A stretch of 59,417 nt of DNA, counting the filler. It is 6 parts of 6 records of this genome, joined end to end, with 100 filler letters (N's around TTAATTAATTAA, not from the genome) between each part and the next. Parts side by side here need not be neighbours in the genome. Positions count along the whole stretch, not along the records: positions 41,765 to 52,372 come from SRR31147125_5806; 5 more parts are not named here. One strand, given 5' to 3'. The position numbers and the translations under genes were made by a program. Position 1 is the first letter of the stretch; each line of letters begins with the position of its first letter. This document shows positions 41,766 through 52,472 of the stretch, one piece after another. The notes beneath the pieces were generated by a model. It was not told where the DNA came from. It saw nothing but the letters and a program-made list of their open reading frames with translations, and searched no databases.

Positions 41766-42851
41766 ATGTTTACCGCCAACAGTATGAACTGCCTGACTGA
41801 AGTACTCGGTATGGGACTGCCCGGCAATGGCACCATCCCCGCAGTCTATGCGGCAAGGGACCGACTGGCAAAAGAGGCCGGTTTTGCGGTTATGGATATG
41901 CTGGAAAAAGATATCCAACCCAAGGATATCATGAATGACAAGGCTTTCAAAAACGCGTTGACGGTTGACATGGCCCTTGGCTGCAGTACTAACAGTATGC
42001 TGCATCTGCCGGCAATAGCCCATGAAGCAGGTGTTGCCCTCAATATAGAGATGGCCAATGCTGTCAGCGCTGTTACCCCGAACTTGTGTCACCTTTCACC
42101 AGCTGGGGAACACCACATCGAAGACCTCTATGCAGCCGGCGGTGTATCGGCGGTAATGAAAGAGCTCTCTAAACGGGATCTGCTTGAACTCGATCTGATG
42201 ACCGTCACCGGCAAAACTGTCGGTGAAAATATTTCCGCGTCAGTCAATCTTGATCCGGAAGTTATCAGACCGATAGAGTCTCCATATAGTGAAACAGGCG
42301 GAATTGCGGTCCTTAAGGGAAATCTTGCACCGGAAGGTTCCGTGGTGAAACGTTCGGCTGTTGCACCAGAGATGATGCAGCATCAGGGACCGGCGCGTGT
42401 TTTCAACTCTGAGGAAGAGGCTATTGAAGCTATCCTTGGCGGGGAGATCAAGAAGAAAGATGTCATCGTAATCAGGTACGAAGGGCCGAAAGGCGGACCT
42501 GGAATGAAGGAGATGCTCTCACCAACATCCGCAATAGCCGGAATGGGACTCGACAAGGATGTGGCCCTTATGACAGACGGGCGTTTCAGCGGAGCAACAC
42601 GCGGGGCATCAATTGGCCATATTTCACCCGAAGCAGCTGAAGGCGGTCCCATCGCATATGTGCAGGAAGGTGACACGATCACCATCGATATCCCTCAGGG
42701 ACTGCTGCAGGTAGAAATTTCCGAAGAAGATATGACGGCAAGAAAAGCCGGCTGGTCGGCACCTGAGCCGAAAATCAGCAGCGGCTATCTTGCAAGATAC
42801 GCAAAACTGGTTACTTCGGCATCAACCGGAGCGGTATTTAAAAAGGATTAA
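41766..42851 (+). CDS. ilvD: Dihydroxy-acid dehydratase (5' truncated)
   Basis: [30 protein letters not shown]. Confidence 0.95.
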   Translation: MFTANSMNCLTEVLGMGLPGNGTIPAVYAARDRLAKEAGFAVMDMLEKDIQPKDIMNDKAFKNALTVDMALGCSTNSMLHLPAIAHEAGVALNIEMANAVSAVTPNLCHLSPAGEHHIEDLYAAGGVSAVMKELSKRDLLELDLMTVTGKTVGENISASVNLDPEVIRPIESPYSETGGIAVLKGNLAPEGSVVKRSAVAPEMMQHQGPARVFNSEEEAIEAILGGEIKKKDVIVIRYEGPKGGPGMKEMLSPTSAIAGMGLDKDVALMTDGRFSGATRGASIGHISPEAAEGGPIAYVQEGDTITIDIPQGLLQVEISEEDMTARKAGWSAPEPKISSGYLARYAKLVTSASTGAVFKKD

Positions 42852-42930
42852 CTTTTTTAAAAGATAAGTTTCCGTAATATACCAGGTGAGAAACAGCCGG
42901 GTAGATCGATATAAGGTAAAGGAGCAAATT

Positions 42931-44613
42931 ATGAAAATGAACGGTGCACAGATATTAATTGAATGTTTGAAAGAACAGAAAGTCGATACCGTTTTCGGGT
43001 TTCCCGGAGGCGCCGTACTCTATATTTACGACGAACTCTATAAACAGAGGGATAAGGTGAAACATATTTTGACCGCGCATGAACAGGGCGCTGCCCATGC
43101 CGCGGATGGGTACGCACGGGCAACCGGTAGAGTCGGTGTCTGTATTGCTACTTCCGGCCCTGGCGCAACAAATCTGGTCACAGGCATTGCCACAGCCTAT
43201 ATGGATTCATCACCAATGGTTGCCATAACCGGTAATGTGCCGGTACCTCTGCTTGGAAAGGACAGCTTTCAGGAAGTGGATATCGCGGGTGTTACCATGC
43301 CGATTACCAAACATAACTATATCGTCAAAGATATAAATAAACTGGCAGACACCATTCGTGAGGCTTTTTATATAGCTCAGGAAGGACGTCCGGGACCAGT
43401 GCTTATCGACATCCCCAAGGACCTGACGATTGCCGAGGCTGATTACGAACCGCAGAAGCCGGCTCCAATCTCACGCCATACCGAGCTGATCAGGCAGGAT
43501 GAAATTGACAAAGCAATCGAGATGATTGTTGATGCCAAGAAACCAGTTGTGTATGTCGGCGGTGGAGTAATTCGTTCAAAGGCTTCGGAAGAGTTGCGGG
43601 AATTCGTGGAAAAAATCCAGGCTCCGGTAGGGGTGTCACTGATGGGCAAGGGTGCATATCCTGCCGTGGGTGATCTCTATACCGGAATGATTGGCATGCA
43701 CGGTTCCAAGGTTTCCAATATGGCGGTATCGCAAAGTGATTTGCTTGTGGTTATCGGAGCACGTTTCAGTGATCGGGTAGTCAGCAGATCCGACCGGTTT
43801 GCCCAGAAAGCCAGGATCCTGCATATTGATATCGATCCGGCCGAAATTAATAAGAATATTCCGACATATCATCATGTTATTGGCGATGTGAAGGAAGTGC
43901 TCAAGGTGTTCAATTCCAGAATTAAAAAGAACATTGATCATGAAGAGTGGTTGACGAAGATAGCTGCCTGGAAGGTGAAATATCCGATTCGAGTGACTAT
44001 CGACAACAGACGGCCGAAAGAGATTATTACAGCAGTGCATGATGTAACCGACAGTAAGGCTATCGTGGTAACCGAAGTGGGGCAGCACCAGATGTGGGTT
44101 GCTCAATTCTATAAATTTTCGGAACCGGATACCTTCATTACATCCGGTGGTCTGGGAACCATGGGATTTGGAACAGGCGCTGCTATCGGGGCTCAGATAG
44201 GAATGCCCGATAAGAAGGTTGTCAGCATCGCGGGAGACGGCAGCTTCCAGATGAACTGCAGTGAAATCGCGACTGCCGCTAAGTATAATGTACCGATTGT
44301 AGTACTGATTATGAACAACCACACCCTGGGAATGGTTCGCCAGTGGCAGACTCTGTTTTATGATGGCCGCTATTCAGAAACAACCCTGGATCACAACATT
44401 GACTGGGTGAAGCTGGCAGAGGCCTTTGGAGCTACAGGAATGCGAATGACAATTGATGATGATGCCGAAGAAGTGATTAAAAAAGCTCTGGCCGTGGGAG
44501 GCCCGGTAGTTGTTGATTGTGAAATTCCGATTGATGATATCGCCCTGCCGATGGTAGCTCCGGGTCAGTCGATTGAGGAAGTAATCCTCAGCGTGGATCC
44601 GATAACCAACTAA
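42931..44613 (+). CDS. ilvB: Acetolactate synthase large subunit
   Basis: HEQGAAHAADGYAR, TSGPGATN, GDGSFQM; start placed after the AAGGAG RBS. Confidence 0.95.
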   Translation: MKMNGAQILIECLKEQKVDTVFGFPGGAVLYIYDELYKQRDKVKHILTAHEQGAAHAADGYARATGRVGVCIATSGPGATNLVTGIATAYMDSSPMVAITGNVPVPLLGKDSFQEVDIAGVTMPITKHNYIVKDINKLADTIREAFYIAQEGRPGPVLIDIPKDLTIAEADYEPQKPAPISRHTELIRQDEIDKAIEMIVDAKKPVVYVGGGVIRSKASEELREFVEKIQAPVGVSLMGKGAYPAVGDLYTGMIGMHGSKVSNMAVSQSDLLVVIGARFSDRVVSRSDRFAQKARILHIDIDPAEINKNIPTYHHVIGDVKEVLKVFNSRIKKNIDHEEWLTKIAAWKVKYPIRVTIDNRRPKEIITAVHDVTDSKAIVVTEVGQHQMWVAQFYKFSEPDTFITSGGLGTMGFGTGAAIGAQIGMPDKKVVSIAGDGSFQMNCSEIATAAKYNVPIVVLIMNNHTLGMVRQWQTLFYDGRYSETTLDHNIDWVKLAEAFGATGMRMTIDDDAEEVIKKALAVGGPVVVDCEIPIDDIALPMVAPGQSIEEVILSVDPITN

Positions 44614-44640
44614 ATAGATTTAACGAGTAAGATCAAGATT

Positions 44641-44667
44641 GGGACCGCTGCGGCGGTCCTTTTTTTA
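44641..44667 (+). terminator. Intrinsic terminator after ilvB
   Basis: GGGACCGC-tgcg-GCGGTCCT followed by a T run. Confidence 0.85.
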
Positions 44668-44711
44668 GTGATACACAGGTAATATTAGATCTTTTCAGGG
44701 TGAATTAACAG

Positions 44712-45050
44712 CTAACTGATTAATACAAGCAGCTTATCTTTCACTTGCGAAAGACACTCTTCTGAAGTTCCTTCAATAAATGATACTTTTCGCTGTCTCA
44801 AATCAAAATTTTTAATTTGGTCAGATAGAATGACACCCTTAATTTTGTTAGCATTGACAGCTACTTCAAAAGGATACCCCTTTACCTTGCTGGTAATTGG
44901 GCATGCAATCATGAGACCGGTTTTACTGTTATATTCTTTTGGGGAAAGAACAATAGCGGGTCTTTTACCAGCTTGTTCATGGCCGGATTGAGGTGTGAAA
45001 TTGACCCATACCAAATCACCTTTTTCAGGGATGTAATTTGTGGTTACCAA
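44712..45050 (-). CDS. mazF: Type II toxin, MazF/PemK endoribonuclease
   Basis: PEKGDLVWVNFTPQSGHEQAGKRPA...CPITS..KGYPFEV. Confidence 0.93.
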   Translation of the reverse strand: MVTTNYIPEKGDLVWVNFTPQSGHEQAGKRPAIVLSPKEYNSKTGLMIACPITSKVKGYPFEVAVNANKIKGVILSDQIKNFDLRQRKVSFIEGTSEECLSQVKDKLLVLIS

Positions 45051-45280
45051 ATTTCATCTCCTTCAGCAATACCCCAATCCGTCTCAGAATGAAGGTTATC
45101 TTCCGATATTTTGTTAAGTAGATCATGTAATTCGATTTTTCTTGAAGGTTGAATAATTATTTGATTATCAACTTCTTCGATTTCAACAATTGATCCGTTT
45201 TTTAGAGATAATTCTTTTAGCAAAGCCATTGGAATTCTAATGCCGAGACTATTACCCCATTTCTGTATTTTTGTTACCAT
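45044..45280 (-). CDS. mazE: MazE/AbrB-type antitoxin
   Basis: MVTKIQKWGNSLGIRIP; C-terminal DWG...G.EIW; overlaps mazF. Confidence 0.92.
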   Translation of the reverse strand: MVTKIQKWGNSLGIRIPMALLKELSLKNGSIVEIEEVDNQIIIQPSRKIELHDLLNKISEDNLHSETDWGIAEGDEIW

Positions 45281-45360
45281 AAAAAAAGTATATACTATGT
45301 TTAAACAATTATTCAAGAATTATGGCAAGAAAATATATGTCATTTGCATCCATTCACGAT

Positions 45361-45392
45361 AAAAAAAGAGCCGCCTTGCGGCAGCCCTTTTT
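45361..45392 (-). terminator. Intrinsic terminator after oppA
   Basis: Minus strand GGGCTGCC-gcaa-GGCGGCTC followed by T7. Confidence 0.85.
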
Positions 45393-45427
45393 GTAAATCA
45401 AGTACCCTTGTAAATCAAGTACCCTTG
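45391..45427. repeat. 17-bp direct tandem duplication
   Basis: TTGTAAATCAAGTACCC twice. Confidence 0.85.
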
Positions 45428-45432
45428 ATCAT

Positions 45433-47037
45433 TTACTTCAGATAGATGTTCTTAGTTGGGTGGTAGTCCATTACGTTAGGATACCAGCCGCCCCATACAT
45501 CGAGGTCGATCATGTTGTTGGATGTGTAGAAGTAGATGGGGATTACACCCATGTCTTCGCCGATGAAGAAATTTTCAGCTTCACGAAGAACATCATAACG
45601 TGCAGTTCCAGTTTCCATTCTAGCAGCTTTGTTGATAGCTACGTCGAAACCTTCATTGCTGTACTGACCATCGTTTCCACCACCACCGGTGATGAACATG
45701 TCCAGGAATGTGTTGGGGTCTGGATAGTCTCCGATCCATCCTGCACGTGAGATTACGAAGTCATGTTCACGTCTGGTCTTGAGGTAAGTTCCCCATTCCA
45801 TGTTTGTCAATGTAACATCGATTCCAAGGTTTTCTTTCCACTGCTGCTGAATGTATTCACCAATCTTTTTGTGAGCTTCAGAGGTGTTGTAAAGAATCTG
45901 GAGGTCTTCCGGCCAGCCCTGTCCATTAGGATATCCGGCTTCAGCAAGGAGTGCTTGTGCTTCTTCAACTGATTCGTCGAAGTATACACGTTCCGGGAAT
46001 CCAGCCATGCTGGGTACCATTGCGTAAGCAGGAACCTGTCCGCCCTTGGTAATCAGGTCTACGAGGTCCTGGCGGTTGATAGCCATTGCAAGAGCTTTTC
46101 TTACACGAACGTCATCTGTCGGAGGTGTAGTTGTCTCAAGCAGGTAGTAGTAGGTTCCAAGGTATGGAGTGTTGACGTAGTCGTCTCTCAACTTAACAGC
46201 ATCCATCTGATCCAGAGGTACTGTGTTGTTCCAGTCAGCTTCGCCGTTCAGGAACATGTTGTGAGCTGTGTTGTTGTCGTCGATCGGCAGGTAAACAACT
46301 CTGTCCAGGTTAACTGCACCAGCGTCCCAGTATTCAGCATTCGGTGTAACTGAAAGATATTCCTGAGGTTTCCATTCTTCCAGGAGGAAAGGTCCATTAC
46401 ATACGAAGTTCTCAGGCAGGGTCCATTCTTCGCCGTTCTCTGCAATTGCATGCAGGGGAACTACTGCGAAAGCGTAGTGTGGAAGTGCGTCGAGTACGTA
46501 TGGGAGTGGTCCGATCAGGTCGATCTGGAAAGTTGCTTCGTCAAGAGCTCGAATCTGTACTGCTTCAGGTCCTTCATCTCCACCGTTGTATGCAGCTGCA
46601 CCTTCAATAAACATTGAGGGGAACCATGCATAGGGTGAACCTGTTTCAGGATTCAGTCCTCTCAGCCATGAGTCTACAAACTGCTGTGCGGTGATCTTTA
46701 CACCGTCTGACCAGTAAGCTTCTCTCAGGTTGAAAGTATAGGTCATACCATCGTTGGTAATTTCCCATGATTCTGCCATTCCGGGAACAGCAAGAGCTGT
46801 CTCGGGATCGTAGGTGGTAAGACCTTCGAACAGTGACAGGTAAATTCTGTGCTCCGGTACACCTTCGATCAGGTGCGGATCCAGTGATTCCGGCTCAGCA
46901 CCGTTGTTGATGATAAATTCACCACCGGTTCGGCCGCTTTCCTCGACAACTGGTTCTGCTGTTTCTTCTGCACCCTGTGCAAAAACAAAACCGGTTGATA
47001 CGAGAAGACAGATAAGAACGATAAAAAGTTTTTTCAT
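45433..47037 (-). CDS. oppA: Oligopeptide ABC transporter substrate-binding protein
   Basis: EPESLDP, NGPF, RAGWIGDYPDP; start MKKLFIVL after an AAGGAG RBS; FAQGAEE spirochete-type leader. Confidence 0.92.
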   Translation of the reverse strand: MKKLFIVLICLLVSTGFVFAQGAEETAEPVVEESGRTGGEFIINNGAEPESLDPHLIEGVPEHRIYLSLFEGLTTYDPETALAVPGMAESWEITNDGMTYTFNLREAYWSDGVKITAQQFVDSWLRGLNPETGSPYAWFPSMFIEGAAAYNGGDEGPEAVQIRALDEATFQIDLIGPLPYVLDALPHYAFAVVPLHAIAENGEEWTLPENFVCNGPFLLEEWKPQEYLSVTPNAEYWDAGAVNLDRVVYLPIDDNNTAHNMFLNGEADWNNTVPLDQMDAVKLRDDYVNTPYLGTYYYLLETTTPPTDDVRVRKALAMAINRQDLVDLITKGGQVPAYAMVPSMAGFPERVYFDESVEEAQALLAEAGYPNGQGWPEDLQILYNTSEAHKKIGEYIQQQWKENLGIDVTLTNMEWGTYLKTRREHDFVISRAGWIGDYPDPNTFLDMFITGGGGNDGQYSNEGFDVAINKAARMETGTARYDVLREAENFFIGEDMGVIPIYFYTSNNMIDLDVWGGWYPNVMDYHPTKNIYLK

Positions 47038-47165
47038 GTGCTTCTCCTTATAACTTTTTTCATCATATAGAGTACGACTATTTATGTAATTTGACAAGTG
47101 GAAATGATCTAAAATAGGTGATAGAGTGGATATACAAGGTAAAATAAAAGCCATTCTGGTGGACT

Positions 47166-47786
47166 TTGAAAGTCAAAAATGCAATAAAATGGGATTGTGG
47201 AGTATCTGAAATGATGAAAATGCGATTATTTACAAGAAAAGATGGTGTCCTGGTCTATGGAACCGGATATCTCTATCGGATTATCATGTTCTTCTTTGCC
47301 GCCGCGCTTTTAATTGGAGCTTCCCGCTACAGCAGCGAGGATTGGTTTTCCTGGTTTTCATTTCCTGTTTTTCTGGCACTTTTTCTGATTGCCGCGGGAC
47401 TCTATACCGATTCATGGACCTTTGACAAGGTGAATGGTGTTATTATAAGTCGATTCGGGCTAATCGGTCTCAATCGTAAACGGATATTCAAAATGGAGAA
47501 TGTTTCGTCATTATCATTGACCCATTTTTCCAAGGGGTATCAGGAAGATAGGCTGGAAGGTAAACGCAGGCGTTTCAGTGAATTTCTGGTTTTCTCGCTG
47601 ATAACGGATGAAGGAATCCGCCGGGATATTGAAATTGTGCGCGAAGCCCGATCCGCGGGAACAACCGAAAGGGCGGCTCAGACCATAGCCGATTACTGCG
47701 GGTTGGAATTGGATAAGGATCGCGATCAGGATCCCAATCTCTCAACCAATTTTCTGGGGAATCGAAGCCGTAATCCTTTCAGGTAA
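47166..47786 (+). CDS. Hypothetical membrane protein with two TM helices (start may be 47211)
   Basis: Fills the gap between oppA and oppF on the opposite strand; two hydrophobic segments. Confidence 0.55.
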   Translation: MKVKNAIKWDCGVSEMMKMRLFTRKDGVLVYGTGYLYRIIMFFFAAALLIGASRYSSEDWFSWFSFPVFLALFLIAAGLYTDSWTFDKVNGVIISRFGLIGLNRKRIFKMENVSSLSLTHFSKGYQEDRLEGKRRRFSEFLVFSLITDEGIRRDIEIVREARSAGTTERAAQTIADYCGLELDKDRDQDPNLSTNFLGNRSRNPFR

Positions 47787-47809
47787 CAGCAGATTCAGGT
47801 AACAGCAGA
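47778..47809. repeat. 16-bp direct tandem duplication
   Basis: TTCAGGTAACAGCAGA twice, spanning the stop codon. Confidence 0.8.
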
Positions 47810-47871
47810 ATTTATGCAGTCGGTTCAACACGGCAATCTTCATGCATACGCATTCCATCAATCTGTAAACC

Positions 47872-47905
47872 AAAAAAAACCTCGAGGCACAAGCCCCGAG
47901 GGTAA
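47872..47905 (-). terminator. Intrinsic terminator after oppF
   Basis: Minus strand CCTCGGGGC-ttgt-GCCTCGAGG followed by T8. Confidence 0.8.
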
Positions 47906-47924
47906 AACAAAACAATAATAAAGT

Positions 47925-48926
47925 TTATTTCTGGTCTGAATAGAGCCAGCAGGCAACCTGGTGACCCTCTTCCTGCTGTTCCATGGGTGGAATATGCGAT
48001 TTGCAGTAATCCATGCGCTTGGGACAGCGGTCGTAGAAATAACAGCCGATACGCTCTTTATCCGGGGAAGGAACATCACCAGTCAGGATTATACGCTGAC
48101 GGTTCTTTTCAATCTTAGGATCGGGAATCGGGGCTGCCGAAAGCAGAGCCTGTGTGTATGGATGCATCGGTTTCTTGTAGAGAAGGACCGAGTCAGCAAC
48201 CTCCACCAGTTTACCGAGGTACATAACTGCCACACGGTCGCTGATATATTCTATTACTGCTAAATCATGGGCAATAAAAATATAGGTAAGACCAAACTCT
48301 TTCTGCAGATCCTTCAGCAAATTGAGTATCTGGGACTGAATCGATACGTCCAGGGCGCTTACCGGCTCATCCGCTAATATAATCTTGGGGTTCAGGGCTA
48401 AGGCACGGGCAATACCGATTCTCTGCCGCTGACCGCCTGAAAATTCATGCGGATAACGGTTTTTATAGAAGCGTGAGAGACCAACGGTTTCCATCAGATC
48501 TTCGACCCTGTTTTCGATCTCTTCCTGAGTCATCTCCAGCAGTCCGCGCTTCACATAAATATTAAGCGGCTCGGCAATAATGGTGCGAACCGTCATTCTC
48601 GGATTCAGGGAAGCGTAGGGGTCCTGGAATACCATCTGAATATTCTTTCTGGTGGCCAGCAAGTCACGCTTGCTCATCTGTGTCAGATCTTCACCTTCAA
48701 AATAGATATTTCCTTCGGTTACCGGGTGCAGCTGGGCAATAGCACGTGCTGTAGTAGATTTTCCGCAGCCTGATTCTCCAACGATCCCGAGAGTCTCCCC
48801 CTCCTGAACTTCAAAAGATATTCCGTCTATAGCACGAATCGCGCCGACTTTTCTTTTAAACAGTACGCCGTCCTCAATAGGGAAGTGCAGTTTTACATCT
48901 TTTACTTCAAGTAGATTCTTACTCAT
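47925..48926 (-). CDS. oppF: Oligopeptide ABC ATPase
   Basis: [26 protein letters not shown]. Confidence 0.92.
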   Translation of the reverse strand: MSKNLLEVKDVKLHFPIEDGVLFKRKVGAIRAIDGISFEVQEGETLGIVGESGCGKSTTARAIAQLHPVTEGNIYFEGEDLTQMSKRDLLATRKNIQMVFQDPYASLNPRMTVRTIIAEPLNIYVKRGLLEMTQEEIENRVEDLMETVGLSRFYKNRYPHEFSGGQRQRIGIARALALNPKIILADEPVSALDVSIQSQILNLLKDLQKEFGLTYIFIAHDLAVIEYISDRVAVMYLGKLVEVADSVLLYKKPMHPYTQALLSAAPIPDPKIEKNRQRIILTGDVPSPDKERIGCYFYDRCPKRMDYCKSHIPPMEQQEEGHQVACWLYSDQK

Positions 48927-49926
48927 TGTCAGTATCCTCCTTATCAAGGTAGAGCCAGCAGGCTACATGGCGGCCCTTTTCCACCTCGGTCAGCTCGGGA
49001 TACTTGCTGCGGCAGATATCCATTGCTTTTTCGCAGCGTGGATGAAATGGACAGCAGTCCGGCAGATCGATCAGGTTGGGCGGCTGCCCTTCGATTGAGA
49101 AGAGCTTGCCTTCATTGGCCTGATCCATTCTCGGAACAGAGCTGATCAGTCCCCGGGTATAGGGGTGCAGCGGTTTTTCGAATAATGGTCCGGTATCGGC
49201 TTTCTCTACCAGACGACCGGCATACATAACGCATACCATATCGCACATTCCCGCAACGACTCCCAGGTCGTGAGTTATCATGATTACCGCCGTATCCAGT
49301 TTCTGTGACAGATCCTTAATCAATTCCAGAATCTGAGCCTGAATGGTTACGTCGAGAGCCGTGGTCGGCTCATCCGCGATCAGCACATCGGCATTGCAGC
49401 TGAGTGCCATCGCGATCATTACACGCTGGCGCATACCGCCGGAGAACTGGTGCGGGTAGTCATCGACTCGTTTCTCAGGAGCCGGGATACCAACCAGAGT
49501 AAGCATCTCAATGGCTTTAGCTTTTGCCTCGGCTTTTGAGAGAGCCTGGTGCAGGACGATCGTCTCGATCATCTGAGTCGATATTCTCAAAAAAGGATTA
49601 AGACTGGTCATCGGATCCTGAAAAATCATGGAGATGCTGTTGCCTCGAATACTACGCATGTCGGCGTCGTTCAACTTCAGGATATCCTTATCTTTGAAAA
49701 TCACCTCGCCGCCCACGATTTTACCGGGAGGAGAGGGGATCAGGCGCATGATGGAAAGGTTGGTTACTGATTTTCCGCAGCCGGACTCACCAACGATTCC
49801 CAAAGTTTCGCCGCTATAGAGGTCGAAGGAGACTCCGTCAACCGCCTTAACTATACCGTCATCGGTTTTGAAATATGTCTGTAGGTTCTTAACTTGCAGA
49901 ACTGGTTTTTTAGTCGTATCAGCCAT
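48919..49926 (-). CDS. oppD: Oligopeptide ABC ATPase
   Basis: [25 protein letters not shown]. Confidence 0.93.
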   Translation of the reverse strand: MADTTKKPVLQVKNLQTYFKTDDGIVKAVDGVSFDLYSGETLGIVGESGCGKSVTNLSIMRLIPSPPGKIVGGEVIFKDKDILKLNDADMRSIRGNSISMIFQDPMTSLNPFLRISTQMIETIVLHQALSKAEAKAKAIEMLTLVGIPAPEKRVDDYPHQFSGGMRQRVMIAMALSCNADVLIADEPTTALDVTIQAQILELIKDLSQKLDTAVIMITHDLGVVAGMCDMVCVMYAGRLVEKADTGPLFEKPLHPYTRGLISSVPRMDQANEGKLFSIEGQPPNLIDLPDCCPFHPRCEKAMDICRSKYPELTEVEKGRHVACWLYLDKEDTDNE

Positions 49927-49938
49927 TTACATTTCTCC

Positions 49939-51531
49939 TTACAACTGGTTCTTGCTCTGTGGATCGAATGCGTCACGCAGACCATCGCCAAGGAAGTTCA
50001 TGGCGAAGAGGAAAATCGACATTGCCAGAGCCGGGAAGAGCAGACGCCACGGGAAGAGGTTCATACCTTCCACGGCATCACCGATCAGCGATCCCCAGGA
50101 TGCGAACGGTGCCGAGATACCCAGACCAAGGAATGACAGGAACGATTCCAGCATGATAAAAGCCGGTACCCTCAGAGTTGAGAATACGATAATTACTCCC
50201 AGTGAGTTCGGCACAAGATGCTTGAAAACAATTCGCCAGGTTGATGCTCCCATAGACTGAGCAGCTTCAACAAATTCCGAGTTCTTCAGGGATATGATCT
50301 GGCCGCGCACAACTCGGGCTACGGTCAGCCAGCTTATGATCGCCAGCGCGAAGAACAGGTTCATGATGTTTCGGCCAAATACCGCCATCAGTATGATTAC
50401 CATCAGCATGTAGGGCAAGCCGTACAGGACATCGACGACACGCATGATCATGTAATCTGTCTTGCCTCCGATATATCCCGCAAGGGCTCCAAGGATGGTT
50501 CCTATCAGTACGCTGGTGATGGTTCCGATAAAACCAATTGCGATTGATATCTGCCCACCGTAGATGATTCTGGCAAGCATGTCGCGTCCGACATAGTCGG
50601 TACCGAATACGTAGATTCGATCATGTTTCTTCGATGCTTCGACCTTGAAAGAGAAATAATCCGCCATATCCAGAGTAGTACTGAAAGGGAATTCCGTATC
50701 TCCGGCCTGAACGACTTTATCCAGTTCATCCTGAGCGAAATCGATTGCAAACTGGATGATCTTCCCGTCGATATTATCTTTCACATAGCGATCGTATGCC
50801 GATTCCTTTATAGTGTTCATATGAGTTTCGAACAGCAGATCAAGTTCCTCGGATGTAATATTCTCATTTTCAATCTGAAGCTCTTTCCGGATCTGTTCAT
50901 CCACCTCGCTGTAGGTGCGGTCCAGAATAGCATCAACTGGAGTTTCTACCAGGATTGAATATGCTGCGGCAGATTCATAGGCATCCAGTTTTTTCAGAGC
51001 CTGCTGTTTTCCCGCGTCATCGATATAGTAGAGAGTTTCGACATCGAACAGCAGTTCTGTCTCGACTTTTTCCTGCATGGAGTCAAGACGACGCTGATCC
51101 GATGAACTCAGTTCGATTGTTCCCAGTTCCATAGCAAGATCGTAGTAGTAATCAAACTGCTGGTTCGGCTGCATCTTTTTAACGCGCGCCTTTTCTTCTG
51201 GATCCAATGTTACAGCCTGCTTGGTTGCAATGGCATAAACCTCTTTTTCGGTCTTCTCAAGCAGCAGTTCTCCGGCAGTTTTGGTAAAAGAGGGCCGCAG
51301 ATTCTGGTGTTCCAGAATGATCTTGGTATGAGAATGGATCGGAAGAATCGGTGCGAATATGGAAAGCAGTGCGTATATGGCAATGACCACGATACTGATA
51401 ACTGCCATTTTATTCTTTTTCAGTCGCTTCCAGGCATCCTGTGTCAGGCTGTTGCCCTTTATGGCCTGCTGAAATTCATTGGTCTGACTCTGGTCTACGG
51501 TCTCTTGTGTATTCTTTTTTATGTCACTCAT
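49939..51531 (-). CDS. oppC: Oligopeptide ABC permease with a large inserted domain
   Basis: DAWKRLKKNK, FGTDYVGRD, EFVEAA, GDGLRDAFDP. Confidence 0.9.
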   Translation of the reverse strand: MSDIKKNTQETVDQSQTNEFQQAIKGNSLTQDAWKRLKKNKMAVISIVVIAIYALLSIFAPILPIHSHTKIILEHQNLRPSFTKTAGELLLEKTEKEVYAIATKQAVTLDPEEKARVKKMQPNQQFDYYYDLAMELGTIELSSSDQRRLDSMQEKVETELLFDVETLYYIDDAGKQQALKKLDAYESAAAYSILVETPVDAILDRTYSEVDEQIRKELQIENENITSEELDLLFETHMNTIKESAYDRYVKDNIDGKIIQFAIDFAQDELDKVVQAGDTEFPFSTTLDMADYFSFKVEASKKHDRIYVFGTDYVGRDMLARIIYGGQISIAIGFIGTITSVLIGTILGALAGYIGGKTDYMIMRVVDVLYGLPYMLMVIILMAVFGRNIMNLFFALAIISWLTVARVVRGQIISLKNSEFVEAAQSMGASTWRIVFKHLVPNSLGVIIVFSTLRVPAFIMLESFLSFLGLGISAPFASWGSLIGDAVEGMNLFPWRLLFPALAMSIFLFAMNFLGDGLRDAFDPQSKNQL

Positions 51532-51540
51532 ATTCCGCTC

Positions 51541-52372
51541 CTACTTGTATGAAATTCTCGGGTCGAGGAAAGAGTAGATGATATCGACCACGAAATTCAT
51601 GACTATGAGGATGACCGAGTAGACGATTACAACGCCCATGATCAACGTGTAGTCACGGTTAAACGATGACTGGACGAAAAACTGTCCCAGTCCCGGAACC
51701 CGGAATATTTTCTCAACAACTACCGATCCGGTGATAATTCCCGCAAAGGCCGGTCCCAGATAGCTGACTACCGGAAGCAGCGCCCCTTTCAGGACATGTT
51801 TCACAATAATTACGGAGTTCTTCAGCCCCTTAGCCTTTGCCGTCCTGACATAATCACTGCGCAGGGTTTCCAGCATACTGGCTCTGGTGAGCCGCGCGAT
51901 ATTGGCAAAGTAGGGAAAGGAGAGTGTCACGGCCGGCATAATCATAGTCAGCCATCCATGCTCACCGGTTATCCATCCGGCTGTAGGCAGCCACCCCAGC
52001 CGCATCGCGAATACATACATCAATACCGGTCCTATGACAAACAGCGGTATCGAGATTCCCAGGACGGCCATCGACATGGCAAAATAATCGATGAATGAGT
52101 TCTGCTTTATGGCAGAAAACGTCCCGAACGTTATACCAAGTGTCAAGGCAATTGCAAGCGCGATGACCCCCAGAAGCATCGAATTGGGAAGACTCTGGAA
52201 GATGTAGAAATTTACATCACGATCCTGATATTTAAACGATGGTCCCAGATCGCCCCGTATTACATCAAACAGATACCTTCCGTACTGCTGAATAAGCGGT
52301 TCGTCAAGATGGTACTTGGCCTCAAGGTTTCTCAATATCTGCTCTGGAACGGCCCGCTCGGTATCGAATGGT
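51541..52372 (-). CDS. oppB: Oligopeptide ABC permease (5' truncated)
   Basis: GDLGPSF, DYVRTAKAKGL, LDPRI. Confidence 0.92.
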
Positions 52373-52472
52373 NNNNNNNNNNNNNNNNNNNNNNNNNNNN
52401 NNNNNNNNNNNNNNNNTTAATTAATTAANNNNNNNNNNNNNNNNNNNNNNNNNNNNNNNNNNNNNNNNNNNN
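52373..52472. other. Artificial contig linker
   Basis: N44-TTAATTAATTAA-N44. Confidence 0.98.
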
